Shown here one piece after another: positions 8,091-18,533 of a DNA stretch of 60,966 nucleotides. The DNA lies in the NCBI GenBank assembly GCA_035688935.1, contig DASSMI010000046.1, positions 1 through 60,966 on the forward strand, read 5' to 3'. A model generated the notes under the pieces. It worked only from the letters and a program-made list of their open reading frames with translations. It searched no databases and had not been told where the DNA came from. A program made the position numbers and the translations under genes. This DNA is from Candidatus Limnocylindrales bacterium. Lineage in GTDB: Bacteria > Chloroflexota > Limnocylindria > Limnocylindrales > CSP1-4. Each line of letters begins with the position of its first letter. The first letter of the stretch is position 1.

Positions 8091-11063
8091 TCAGCGCTCG
8101 CGAGCCCGCCGCTTCGCGTCGCGCAGCCGGGACAGGGTGTCGCCGTCGTCGACTGGTCTGGGCGGCGCCGGTGCCGCCGCAGGCGTGGGCGCCGGCGGCC
8201 TCGGGGACGCGGGCAGCTTCCCGGCCGCCGGCCGATCCGACGCCAGTGCGGCCTCGCGTTCGGGCGCCGCGATCGGCGAAGCCGCGTCCGATCGGACGGC
8301 CACGGGCGGGGCCTCCGGGCGCGCCTCGGGTTCGCGCAGCAGCGCCGCCCGCGCCGAGGACCCGGCCGCGCGATCCCGGGCGGCCATCATCGCGCCGACC
8401 TCGACCGTCCGCGGCGCGATCGACCGCCGCCAGCCGCCGCTCAGCCAGCGCCGCGCATCACCGAGCTCTCGTCGCCCGATGGAGACCCGCCTGAGCGCAA
8501 TGTCCAGCGGCCACAGCAGCAGCGCGAGGACCAGGAGCGTCGGCCAGAGGTCGGTCGACGAGCTGTTCGTCTTCAGGTCGTGCCGCCAGACCTCGTCGGG
8601 TGAGGCGATCTCGCGCCCGTCGGTCGCGGAGCGGAGGGTCGCGAGGAACGCCTCGTTCGTGCCGAGGAACCGGTACTCGGCGGGCGTCGGCGCGACGAGT
8701 CCGAGCGTCCGCCCGAGCGGCGTGGAGCCGGGCCGGGTCTGCGAGACGCGGATGACGTACGCCCCGGGGTCGAGCTCGCCGATCGGCGCCTCGTAGACGC
8801 CAGGTGCGATCTGCGCCAGCCCGATCGCCTTCGACGTGAGATCGGGCGTCGTCATCGCCACCGCGGTCGAGTAGAAGTCGCGCGGCGAGCCGTCGGCGTT
8901 GACGCTCTCCACCCGGAGCTTCGTCCGGTTGCCCTCGGTCACGAACGTGGCTTCGATCCCGCCCGTCTCCTCGCCCGGGAACGTCCACGAGACGAGCTGG
9001 CTGAAGAACTTCGTGAAGCCCTGCCAGCCCAGCCACGCCTTCGCCCAGCGGCCGGTCGAGTCGGACGTCCATGCGACGGAGCGGCCCAGGCCGTACTGCC
9101 ACTGCGCGAGCAGCGGATCGTCGCGCGGCGTGACGAGGACCGTCTGCGCCGCCGACTTCGCGGTCGTTCCGTTGTAGCCCAGGAGCTGGGGCAGCGCGTC
9201 GATGCCGCGCAGGATCGGCGACTGCGAGGTGAGGATCGGGTTGAACCGCTCCTCGACGATCTGCTGGCCGGCGACCTGCTGCGTCTCCTTCAGGAAGATG
9301 TCGGGGATGCTTGCCGGGTTCGCGGCGGGATAGAACCGACCGCCGCCGCTCTTCGCGAGCTTCTCGAGGAACGGGTTCGACCCGCCACCGGCGCCGACCG
9401 TCGAGAGCGTGATCCCGGCGGCCTTCATCTGGGCGAGGATCGCGTCGTACTGGCCGGACGTCGACCAGCCGTCGGTCAGCAGGATGATGTGGCGGCGCGT
9501 GGCGGTCGTCCCCTCGAGCGACTTCACCGCCTGGTCGAGCCCGGCGAAGATGTTCGTCTGGCCGAGGGGCTGGATCCCGCCGATCGCGCCGCGCAGGTCG
9601 CCGATCCCGCCGAGGGGCTGTGTCTGGACGACCCAGTGCGCGCTCTCGTCGAACGCGACGACGCCGAGCTGGTCGCGGGCCGTCATCGCGGCCGCGGCGC
9701 GCAGGATCGCCTCCTTGCCGATGTCGACCTTGCGGACGCCGGCGATCCCTGACCCGCCGCCCGGGTTGCCGTTGTTGAACGAGTTGCAGTGGCAGGCATC
9801 CATCGAGCCCGACTTGTCGATGACGACCACGAGCGCGACGTCGGGCTGCTTCTGCTTGTCCTTGACGCCCATGTCGACCGGGAGCGTCTCCTCGACCGGC
9901 GTGTCGGTGTAGCCGCCGGCCCCGTAGCTCTTCGGGCCGCCGATCATCACGAGGCCGCGCCCGAAATCGCGGACGTACTGCTGGATCGCCGCCAGCTGGT
10001 TCGTCGTCATCCGCAGCCGCGAGACGTCGACCAGGACGATCGAATCCCAGGCCAGGAGGCCGTCGACGCCGGTCGGAAGCTGTTCGGGGATGAGCGTGTC
10101 GACCTGCTGGTGCTCGGTCTTCAGTCCCGACACGAGCTCGGCCGCGACCTTCGCGTCGCCGGCCAGGACGAGGACGCGCGGCTCGCCGTTCACGATCGTG
10201 TCGGAATCGGCCCGGTTGTTCTGGCTGAACGTGTCTCGGCCGGCCTCCACCACCGCGCGGAACGTATGGAAGCCGGTCTCCGTGGGCTTCACGAGGAACG
10301 TGACGCGATTCGCGCCGGCGGTCAGGTCGACCGCCTTCGAGGCGATCTGACCGCCATCCGCGTACAGCCGGATCGTCGCCGGCTGGGCGACCGTCGACGT
10401 CACCTCGACGACCGCCTCGAGCTCCTCGCCGATCTTCGACACCGACGGCGTCGTCAGGCGGTTCACGACCACCTCGTCCGCCGCCCCGATCCCGATCGCC
10501 CGCGTCTCGATCTGCACGCCGCGTGCGGCAGCGAGGGCCGCCTCGGTCTGTCCGGACCCGGTCGTGTCGTTGCCGTCCGAGAGGAGGACGATCCGTTTCT
10601 GGGCATCGTCGGGGAACAGTGCGGACGCGAGCCGCAGCGCGGAGCCGATGTCGGTCGCCGTCCGGACCGGCGTCGTCGCGATCCGGTCGACCTCGCGGAC
10701 CTCGGCGGGCAGCCGTTCGACGAGCGCCGATCGTCCGAAGCCGACGATGCCCGCGACGTCGCCCTCGGGCATGAGCTTCACGCTGTCGCGCAGCCACGAG
10801 ACCGCGTCCGCGCGGCCGGGCTCGCCGACCGAGTCGGACAGGTCGAGGACGTAGACCGTCGCCAGCCGATCGACCGGCAGGACGAGCCGGAACCCGGCGA
10901 TGGCGAAGACCAGGGCCAACAGCAGCGCGGTTCGGACCAGCAGCGCGACGCGACGCCGCCCGATCCCGACGCGCCGGCGCGAGGCAAGGTGCAGCCCGAA
11001 CGTCACGGCCAGCGCCGGAACGAGCAGGAGGAGCGCCGCGGGCGCGTCGAAGTCGAAACCCAT
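8091..11063 (-). CDS. large membrane protein with two VWA domains (BatB-like), a C-terminal TM segment and an Ala/Pro-rich tail
   Basis: I moved the start to ATG 11063-11061 (MGFDFDAPAALLLLVPALAV...), which overlaps the upstream stop by 1 nt. Two MIDAS-type motifs: LDLSDSV and VVIDKSGSM. TM segment LWPTLLVLALLLWPL. Tail ends ...LSRLRDAKRRARER. Confidence 0.8.
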   Translation of the reverse strand: MGFDFDAPAALLLLVPALAVTFGLHLASRRRVGIGRRRVALLVRTALLLALVFAIAGFRLVLPVDRLATVYVLDLSDSVGEPGRADAVSWLRDSVKLMPEGDVAGIVGFGRSALVERLPAEVREVDRIATTPVRTATDIGSALRLASALFPDDAQKRIVLLSDGNDTTGSGQTEAALAAARGVQIETRAIGIGAADEVVVNRLTTPSVSKIGEELEAVVEVTSTVAQPATIRLYADGGQIASKAVDLTAGANRVTFLVKPTETGFHTFRAVVEAGRDTFSQNNRADSDTIVNGEPRVLVLAGDAKVAAELVSGLKTEHQQVDTLIPEQLPTGVDGLLAWDSIVLVDVSRLRMTTNQLAAIQQYVRDFGRGLVMIGGPKSYGAGGYTDTPVEETLPVDMGVKDKQKQPDVALVVVIDKSGSMDACHCNSFNNGNPGGGSGIAGVRKVDIGKEAILRAAAAMTARDQLGVVAFDESAHWVVQTQPLGGIGDLRGAIGGIQPLGQTNIFAGLDQAVKSLEGTTATRRHIILLTDGWSTSGQYDAILAQMKAAGITLSTVGAGGGSNPFLEKLAKSGGGRFYPAANPASIPDIFLKETQQVAGQQIVEERFNPILTSQSPILRGIDALPQLLGYNGTTAKSAAQTVLVTPRDDPLLAQWQYGLGRSVAWTSDSTGRWAKAWLGWQGFTKFFSQLVSWTFPGEETGGIEATFVTEGNRTKLRVESVNADGSPRDFYSTAVAMTTPDLTSKAIGLAQIAPGVYEAPIGELDPGAYVIRVSQTRPGSTPLGRTLGLVAPTPAEYRFLGTNEAFLATLRSATDGREIASPDEVWRHDLKTNSSSTDLWPTLLVLALLLWPLDIALRRVSIGRRELGDARRWLSGGWRRSIAPRTVEVGAMMAARDRAAGSSARAALLREPEARPEAPPVAVRSDAASPIAAPEREAALASDRPAAGKLPASPRPPAPTPAAAPAPPRPVDDGDTLSRLRDAKRRARER

Positions 11064-13180
11064 CAGGCGTCGCCTCGGACCGGTCGACGCAGCCGCCCGG
11101 CGATCGCGCGCCAGGCCCGGGTGACGGCATCGCGGTGGTACAGCGCCCACTCGACGGACAGGACGACGAGGATCAGGAGGACGATCGGCGGCCACAGCTC
11201 GTCGCGCGCGTTCGGGCGGCCGGCAGCCGGATCGGCGGCACCGGGCACGGCCGTTGCGCCGGGCGCGGCGGACGCGGTGGCACGGCCGAGCGCCTCGAGC
11301 GCGCTCGCGGAGCCCGGGGCGATCGCCGATTCGTCGACGTCGAACAAGTCCACGGCGAACCGGATCGGGGCGGTCGGGTCGACGCCCTGGCCGAGCCCGC
11401 CGCTCGCGCCGGGCGGCCGATCGCCTGGCGGCGAGGACGGGGTGGCCGACGGCACGCGCGAAGCGTCCGGGCTCCCGGACGACGCCGGCTGCGCGATCGG
11501 CGTCGCGGTGTACACGCCGAGCTGATCCGTCTGGGCGTAGGTGACGGACGTTCCGCCGGTCGCCCCGGGGATGAGATCGACGGAACGGCCGTCCGGCGCC
11601 GTCACCCGGAGACCGACGGCACCGGCTGGGATCGCGAGCGCGACCGGATCGCCGGGTTTGACGGCCGTCGTCGGCGCGGCCGAGCCGCCGAACAGCTCAC
11701 CGGTCAGGTTCGCGAGGAGGATCGGGAACGCGACCTGGAGCGGCAGGTCCGACTCGCGAGGCTCGAACGCCAGGACGGCCGTCGGCAGCCCGGCGCGGAG
11801 TCCGGCGTACAGGAGCGGCGCTCCCTTCGGGCCGGGGATGACGGTTCGTGCCCAGGCCGGGAGCTCCAGCTTCTGCGCCGAGGCGATGTGCGTCGTCGAC
11901 AGGTCGACGTAGCGGAGGATCGGCTCGTCCGTCCCGAGGGTCCCGATGCCCGGGTCCCTGAGCGTTCCGCTGACCTCGCCCAGCGGGCTGCTCCTCGACG
12001 GCGCGATCGCGAGGACCGGAACCGACGGCAGGGTGGCCGGGACGTCGCCCTCGAAGATGATCAGATCCCACTCGGTTCCGTCTTTGCGGACCGCTCCCGA
12101 CGGGTACTCGGCCGGCGTCAGGCCGAAGAGGCGGCTGTTCGGCAGGTAGGACAGCGCCGTCTCGAGGTAGGGGTCGCCTGGCCCCACGATCAGGATGTTC
12201 CGCTGGCGGACCGGCGGCACGATCGCCCAGGCCCGGTCGTCGGTCGCGAGGAGATCCGGGCGACCGTCCGCGCCAGCCGGCGTCGTCAACCGCACGTCGA
12301 CGACCCCGACCGGGTGGTCCGTGTCGCCGATGTTGTCGATGACGACGTCGGCCTTCGCCTGCGGCTCGATCGTGATCGACTTCGACTCGATGAGACGGTC
12401 GTCGCCCCAGACCTCGACCTGGCGGGTCGCGCGCTCGAGGTCGAAGTTGGCGACGCTCACGAAGGCCGAGCTCGAGACCCCCGAACCCGTCGTACGGATC
12501 GCGACGGCGACGATCGCCTGGTTGCGGCTGCCCTTCGGGTCGCCCACCCGGAGGACCTTGATCGGCGCGTCCACCTTCGTCGTGGGCGGCACCGCGAGCG
12601 CCGCGTCGGTCGCGACGAGGACCTGCGCGTCGCCCGACTGGATCGCGAGCTGCTGGGCGAGCGCCAGCGCGTCGCCGAGGTCGCCGCGGTTGACCGTCGG
12701 GCGGATCCCCTCGATCGCCTGGCGGACACGGCTCAGGTCGCTCGTGCCCGTCGCAACGATCCGTGCCGTCCGCCCGGCCTCGATCACGCTCACCTTGCCG
12801 CCGGCCGGCAGGTCGCGAAGCGCCTCGATCGCAGCCGCCTTCGCCTCGCCGAGCCGGTCGGGCTGGACGTCCGTCGCAGCCATGCTCGCCGACGTGTCGA
12901 CGATGACGACCAGGTCGCGGGCGAGGCCGGCAGGTCGCTCGATGAACGGACGCGCCGCGAGGAGCGCCAGCGCGGCGACGAGGAGGAGCTGGACGAGGAA
13001 CAACAGGCTCCGGCGCAGCTTCTGCCAGGGTGCGTTCGCCTCGGTGTCGGCCGCCAGGCGCTGCCAGAGCAAGGTCGATGGGATGATCGTCTCGGTCCGG
13101 CGGAGCTTCAGGAGGTACATCGCAACGACCGCCGGCACGAACAGGAGGCCGAGCAGCGCGAGCGGCGTGGCGAACGGCAT
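11063..13180 (-). CDS. BatA-N-terminal (aerotolerance regulator N-terminal) / VWA domain membrane protein
   Basis: Start ATG 13180-13178 (MPFATPLALLGLLFVPAVVAMYLLKLRR, the typical BatA N-terminus). MIDAS motif VIVDTSASM. 1-nt overlaps with both neighbouring genes. Confidence 0.8.
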   Translation of the reverse strand: MPFATPLALLGLLFVPAVVAMYLLKLRRTETIIPSTLLWQRLAADTEANAPWQKLRRSLLFLVQLLLVAALALLAARPFIERPAGLARDLVVIVDTSASMAATDVQPDRLGEAKAAAIEALRDLPAGGKVSVIEAGRTARIVATGTSDLSRVRQAIEGIRPTVNRGDLGDALALAQQLAIQSGDAQVLVATDAALAVPPTTKVDAPIKVLRVGDPKGSRNQAIVAVAIRTTGSGVSSSAFVSVANFDLERATRQVEVWGDDRLIESKSITIEPQAKADVVIDNIGDTDHPVGVVDVRLTTPAGADGRPDLLATDDRAWAIVPPVRQRNILIVGPGDPYLETALSYLPNSRLFGLTPAEYPSGAVRKDGTEWDLIIFEGDVPATLPSVPVLAIAPSRSSPLGEVSGTLRDPGIGTLGTDEPILRYVDLSTTHIASAQKLELPAWARTVIPGPKGAPLLYAGLRAGLPTAVLAFEPRESDLPLQVAFPILLANLTGELFGGSAAPTTAVKPGDPVALAIPAGAVGLRVTAPDGRSVDLIPGATGGTSVTYAQTDQLGVYTATPIAQPASSGSPDASRVPSATPSSPPGDRPPGASGGLGQGVDPTAPIRFAVDLFDVDESAIAPGSASALEALGRATASAAPGATAVPGAADPAAGRPNARDELWPPIVLLILVVLSVEWALYHRDAVTRAWRAIAGRLRRPVRGDA

Positions 13181-14133
13181 CAGCCGAGCACCCGGCGCCG
13201 CCGCAGCTCGGCGAAGACGAGATCGTTGAGCGGGACGTCGCTCGAGAGATCCACGTACGTCGCCGCCCGGCGCGCCGCGAGATGGGCGAAGGCGGCCTTC
13301 CAGTCGGCCAACCGAGCCTGGTAGGCATCGATCGTCGCGAGGTCGGCCGTGACGTCCACGCTCGCACCCGTCTCGCTGTCGACGAGCCGCAGGTCGCCCT
13401 CCAGCGGCGGATCGAGCTCCTGTGGCGACAGGACGTGGAGGACGATCAGCTCCGATCGCGTCGAGGCGAGCTCGCGGATGACCCGATCGGCCGCGGGGTC
13501 GAGCAGGTCGGAGATCAGGATCACCACGCCACGCCCGGTGAGCTGCGCCGCGGCATGGCGTGCGGCGGCCACGAGGTCGGTCGGTCCCTCCGCGGCCTGG
13601 ATCGCGGAGAGCTCGGCGAGGAGCCTGAGGACACGCCCGGAGCCCCGGAGCGACGCCCGTCGACGTGCGGTCCGGCCGCCCAGGACGCTGACCGCGACCT
13701 TGTCCTCCGAGGCGAGGCCGATGTAGCCGAGCGCCGCGGCCGCCCGCTTCGCGAACTGCAGCTTGTCGGGCGTCCCGCTCGCCATCGAGACCGAGCTGTC
13801 CACGAGGATCGTGATCGTGACGTCCTCTTCCTCGATGAACAGCTTCACGAAGAGCTTCTCGAGACGGGCGAGGACGTTCCAATCGAGCTGGCGGAGATCG
13901 TCGCCGAGGGCGTAGTCGCGGTAGTCGGCGAACTCCACGGACTGGCCGCGTTTCACGCTCCGGCGGCCGCCCTTCAGCCCACCACCGACCGGCGAGCGCA
14001 TCAGGAGCAGAAGCCGCTCCAGCTGGCGCAGGAACGCCTCGTCGAAGACGGTCGGGTCGACGTCCGACGGCAGGAACGTCGGACGCTGGCGCGTCCCGCT
14101 CGACGGCGCCGCCGGCTCCTGGGGCAGAGTCAT
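13180..14133 (-). CDS. DUF58 domain protein (MoxR-associated)
   Basis: Motif VEFADYRDYALGDDLRQLDWNVLARLEKLFVKLFIEE, typical of DUF58. Located directly downstream of MoxR. Confidence 0.85.
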   Translation of the reverse strand: MTLPQEPAAPSSGTRQRPTFLPSDVDPTVFDEAFLRQLERLLLLMRSPVGGGLKGGRRSVKRGQSVEFADYRDYALGDDLRQLDWNVLARLEKLFVKLFIEEEDVTITILVDSSVSMASGTPDKLQFAKRAAAALGYIGLASEDKVAVSVLGGRTARRRASLRGSGRVLRLLAELSAIQAAEGPTDLVAAARHAAAQLTGRGVVILISDLLDPAADRVIRELASTRSELIVLHVLSPQELDPPLEGDLRLVDSETGASVDVTADLATIDAYQARLADWKAAFAHLAARRAATYVDLSSDVPLNDLVFAELRRRRVLG

Positions 14134-14153
14134 CGTGGCCCGGCGCCTGCGGT

Positions 14154-15170
<1,017 letters not shown>

Positions 15171-15201
15171 CCGGGCCTCCGGGTCGTTGGCGTGACGGTG
15201 G

Positions 15202-17235
15202 TCACTGGGTGGGATCGAGGGAGCTGAAGTAGTCGCGGACGTAGTCCTTGACGGACAGCGGCACGTAGTTCCGGTCGAGCGAGGTCAGGGCGTACTGGTA
15301 GAAGTCCGCGAAGACCTGCTGATACGGCGTCAGGGCGCCGTTGTTCTGGCCCTCGCCGCTCTGGTTGCCCGCCTGCGTCTGGCCGTCGCCGCCGGTGCCG
15401 GCGATGTACGACGGGTCGCCCGGCTTCCCGAGCCGGTCGAACGGGGCAAAGATGCTCGAGAGGTCCCCGCCGAGCGTCGCCGCACGATTCGCGCCCGTCG
15501 GCGCGCCCGGGATGCGGTTGCCGCCGATCGCCTGCCCCAGGGATCGCGCGCTCGATCCGCCGCCGCCGACCTGTCCCTGTCCTTGGCCCTGTCCCTGTCC
15601 CTGCCCTTGCCCTTGCCCTTGGCCTTGTCCCTGTCCTTGGCCCTGTCCCTGCCCTTGCCCTTGCCCTTGGCCTTGGCCTTGCCCTTGCCCCTGGCCCTGG
15701 CCCTGGCCCTGGCCCTGCCCCTGGCCCGGCTGGCCGCTTCCGCCCGGCTGACCCTGACCCTGGCCCGGCTGACCGCTTCCGCCCGGCTGGCCCTGGCCCT
15801 GACCCGGCTGCCCGCTCGATCCGGGCTGGCCCTGGCCCTGACCTGGCTGCCCGTTCTGACCCTGCTGCCCGCTCTGACCCTGCTGTGCCCCCGCTTGGCC
15901 GGCGCCCGCGTTGCGTGAGGCATCGGCGAGCGAACGTCGGGTGTCCTGGAGCTGCGACGCGACGCGCGCGAGGTCACGGTTCGTTTGGACCTGGTCCGCC
16001 CCGCCCTGCAGGGCGTTCCCCAGCCGGTCGAGCGCCTCGCGGGCCACTGAGGTGTCGCCGTTGGCGATCGCCGCTGCGGCATCCCGCAACGCCTGGCTCG
16101 CGTCGGCACCGGCGGCCGCCGCATCGGACTGCAGGCCGGCGAGCGCCGCCGCCATCTGCGCTCGTTGCTCCGGCGTCATCGTGTCGAGCTTGTCGCCGAG
16201 CTGCTTCAGGTCGCTCTTCGTGACCTTGGGGTCGCCGTCCTTGTTCGCGTTCTGGTTCCCGGTTGCGGCCCGTGACAGCGACCGCGCCAGGGACGTCAGG
16301 GCGGACGCGCGCTGCTCATTGGCGGGATCGAGCTGCGAATGGAGCGACGCCTCGACCGAACCGAGCCGCGCGAGGTTCGCCTTGAGGTCCTCCGGATGCG
16401 ACCGGAGCTGCGCGACGAGATCCTTCAGATCGGTCGAGAGTCGCGTCCGGGGATCGTCCGGCTTCGCCCCCTTCGCGTCCAGGTCCTTCGCGATCTGTTC
16501 CAGCTTGTCCGCCTGTTTGATGGCCTCGTCACGGTTCGCCCGTGCTTCGGCGATCGCGCGATCCTGGACGTTCGGCAGGAGCGTGAGCGGGACCAGGAGG
16601 AGCGCCGCCGAGAGGGCGACCGCCGCGGGGCGGCGGCTGAGCCGCGGACCGAACAGGTTCGCCGGCGCCGCCCGCAGCGCGCCGAACGCGTCCTCTCGCT
16701 GGCGCCGGACGAACCGCTCCTCTTCGCCGGCGGCGTCGTAGTCGACGAGCGTGGGATCTGCCGTTCCGTCGGACGGCGCCGGCCCGGCGAGCTCGGGATA
16801 GGCCCCCGCCAGCGCGAGCGCGCTCGCGACCCGGTCACCCAGCCGCCCCTCGCGGTCCACGGCCAGCGCGGTCTCGCCGATCCGTGGCCGCGCGCGCACC
16901 GCGGTCGTCAGCCAGGCGGCCACCGCGATCAACCCAACCCCGACCACGAGGCTCGTGAGCGACTCGATCGGGACGGCCCTCGCGATGATGAGCAGCGCTG
17001 CTTCGGCCGCGAGCGCTGCCGCTGCCGCGATCCACAGGCGCCGGACGATCCGTCGAAGCCAGAGCCGCCGAGCGTGCCCCGCGAGCTCGGCTCGGATCCC
17101 GAGGAGCGCCGGATCGAGCGGCCCGTCGGTCAGCCCGCGAGGGTCCGGCGGGATCAGCGCTGCGGTCGGGCCACCCGACGTCGGTCGCAGGACGCCCGGC
17201 CGGCGCAGCCGCGGCAGGACGGGACGGAACCGCAT
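15202..17235 (-). CDS. 2-TM membrane protein with a long coiled-coil region, a Gly/Gln low-complexity tract and a conserved C-terminal motif (DUF4175-like)
   Basis: The real gene is the C-terminal 677 aa of track ORF 15202..18258. Start ATG 17235-17233 overlaps the stop of the permease gene by 1 nt. Two TM helices, then a helical region rich in charged residues, then (GQ)26. The C-terminus ends ...VPLSVKDYVRDYFSSLDPTQ. Confidence 0.7.
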   Translation of the reverse strand: MRFRPVLPRLRRPGVLRPTSGGPTAALIPPDPRGLTDGPLDPALLGIRAELAGHARRLWLRRIVRRLWIAAAAALAAEAALLIIARAVPIESLTSLVVGVGLIAVAAWLTTAVRARPRIGETALAVDREGRLGDRVASALALAGAYPELAGPAPSDGTADPTLVDYDAAGEEERFVRRQREDAFGALRAAPANLFGPRLSRRPAAVALSAALLLVPLTLLPNVQDRAIAEARANRDEAIKQADKLEQIAKDLDAKGAKPDDPRTRLSTDLKDLVAQLRSHPEDLKANLARLGSVEASLHSQLDPANEQRASALTSLARSLSRAATGNQNANKDGDPKVTKSDLKQLGDKLDTMTPEQRAQMAAALAGLQSDAAAAGADASQALRDAAAAIANGDTSVAREALDRLGNALQGGADQVQTNRDLARVASQLQDTRRSLADASRNAGAGQAGAQQGQSGQQGQNGQPGQGQGQPGSSGQPGQGQGQPGGSGQPGQGQGQPGGSGQPGQGQGQGQGQGQGQGQGQGQGQGQGQGQGQGQGQGQGQGQGQGQGQGQGQGQVGGGGSSARSLGQAIGGNRIPGAPTGANRAATLGGDLSSIFAPFDRLGKPGDPSYIAGTGGDGQTQAGNQSGEGQNNGALTPYQQVFADFYQYALTSLDRNYVPLSVKDYVRDYFSSLDPTQ
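15571..15726 (-). repeat. in-frame hexanucleotide repeat encoding (Gly-Gln)26
   Basis: 26 consecutive YTGNCC units on the + strand (GGN-CAR on the coding strand), with mixed synonymous codons. Units 2-9 are nearly duplicated as units 11-17. Flanked at 15727-15850 by three copies of PGQGQGQPG(G/S)SGQ. Confidence 0.9.
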
Positions 17236-18533
17236 CAGGCGAACCTCCGAGCGGGTCGCCGCAGCAGGCGCCAGCGACGGGTGGGTGAGACCAGCTGGAT
17301 CGAGGCAAGGATCAGGACGATGGACAGGACGATCCAGGCTTGCAGGCTTCGCGGCCAGAGGGAATCGCGCCGGACGCCGAACGGCTGCGGGTCCGTCGCG
17401 AAGCCGCCCGCACCGAACCCGATCGCCGGCCGATCGGGGACCGCCTGGATCGGGCCGCCGAAGGTGCCGCCGGGCGCGATGCCGCCGGAGTCGTCCACGC
17501 CGAAGCCCGGGTTCGACGATGGGAAGAAGACGCCTCCGCCGGAGGAGCCGACGCTGATCGCGCCGTTCGTGACGGTATTCAGGCGGCTGCACCAGCCGCC
17601 GTAGCCATCCGAGGCCCCGCAGATCACGTCGTACTGCGCCGCGAACGGATTGAACCAGAGGAACGCCTCGGGCGCGCGACCCTTGATCGGTCCGACACCG
17701 CCGGTTCCGGTCGCGAACCCGCTCGTGCTGCTGACGCCGGCCATCGTGTTCCAGAAGAGGACACCGAACATCGTGCCCAGGGTCAGGAACAGCACCATGA
17801 AGAACGTGACGACGGTCGCGCCCTGCGTCCGCTGCATCAGGGCGGAGATGAACAGCCCGAGCGAGCCGAGCCCGATCGCGGAGACGACGAGGACCGCGTA
17901 CGCGCGGACGACGTCGTCCGGGCCGACGCCGCCGAACACGAAGACGATCGCCGTCAGCGGGATCGACGCGGCGATCAGCAGGAAGACGTAGGCGAGCGCG
18001 CTGACGAGCTTGCCGACGACGATCGCGAGCGACGAGATCGGCGTCGCGGCGAGCATGTCGAGCGTCTGCTTCTCTCGTTCGAGGCTGATCGCGCCGGACG
18101 TGAATGCCGGCGCGAGGAACACGACCAGCAGCGTCTCGACGAGGACGAGGGCGCCGAACACCTCCTGGCCCACGAGCGACGACGCGAACGCGGCCGACCC
18201 GCCCTGGAGCGAGGCGTTCTGGACGTAGGCCCGCTCCGCGACGAGCTGCCATGCCCACGCGAAGCCGCCGAGGAACAGCAGGTAGAACGTGAGGACGACG
18301 AAGGCCCGCCGGCCGCGGACGCGGCCGCGGAGCTCCTTGAGACCGACCGCGATGATCTGCGCGATGCCCGAGCGGATCGCCCTGATCGGGTTGCGTCGGG
18401 GCCGGCGGGGTGCGAGCGGCCGCTCGTTCACGACCTGGGTCCGAACGGCGCCCGGTGTCGTCGGACTGAAGGACCGCTCCTCGATCTCCGGGAGCTCGGC
18501 GGGCTCCGGGACCATCGGATCGTCGGTCATCAC
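17235..18533 (-). CDS. ABC-2 type transporter permease
   Basis: Six or more hydrophobic helices in the layout typical of ABC-2 permeases. 4-nt ATGA overlap with the upstream ABC ATPase gene. Confidence 0.75.
   Translation of the reverse strand: MMTDDPMVPEPAELPEIEERSFSPTTPGAVRTQVVNERPLAPRRPRRNPIRAIRSGIAQIIAVGLKELRGRVRGRRAFVVLTFYLLFLGGFAWAWQLVAERAYVQNASLQGGSAAFASSLVGQEVFGALVLVETLLVVFLAPAFTSGAISLEREKQTLDMLAATPISSLAIVVGKLVSALAYVFLLIAASIPLTAIVFVFGGVGPDDVVRAYAVLVVSAIGLGSLGLFISALMQRTQGATVVTFFMVLFLTLGTMFGVLFWNTMAGVSSTSGFATGTGGVGPIKGRAPEAFLWFNPFAAQYDVICGASDGYGGWCSRLNTVTNGAISVGSSGGGVFFPSSNPGFGVDDSGGIAPGGTFGGPIQAVPDRPAIGFGAGGFATDPQPFGVRRDSLWPRSLQAWIVLSIVLILASIQLVSPTRRWRLLRRPARRFA

Noticed and set aside
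15541-15900. Possible CRISPR array or non-coding microsatellite
   Set aside because: The period is 6 nt with no spacers. The tract stays in frame inside a long ORF with conserved flanks, so it is a coding Gly-Gln repeat.
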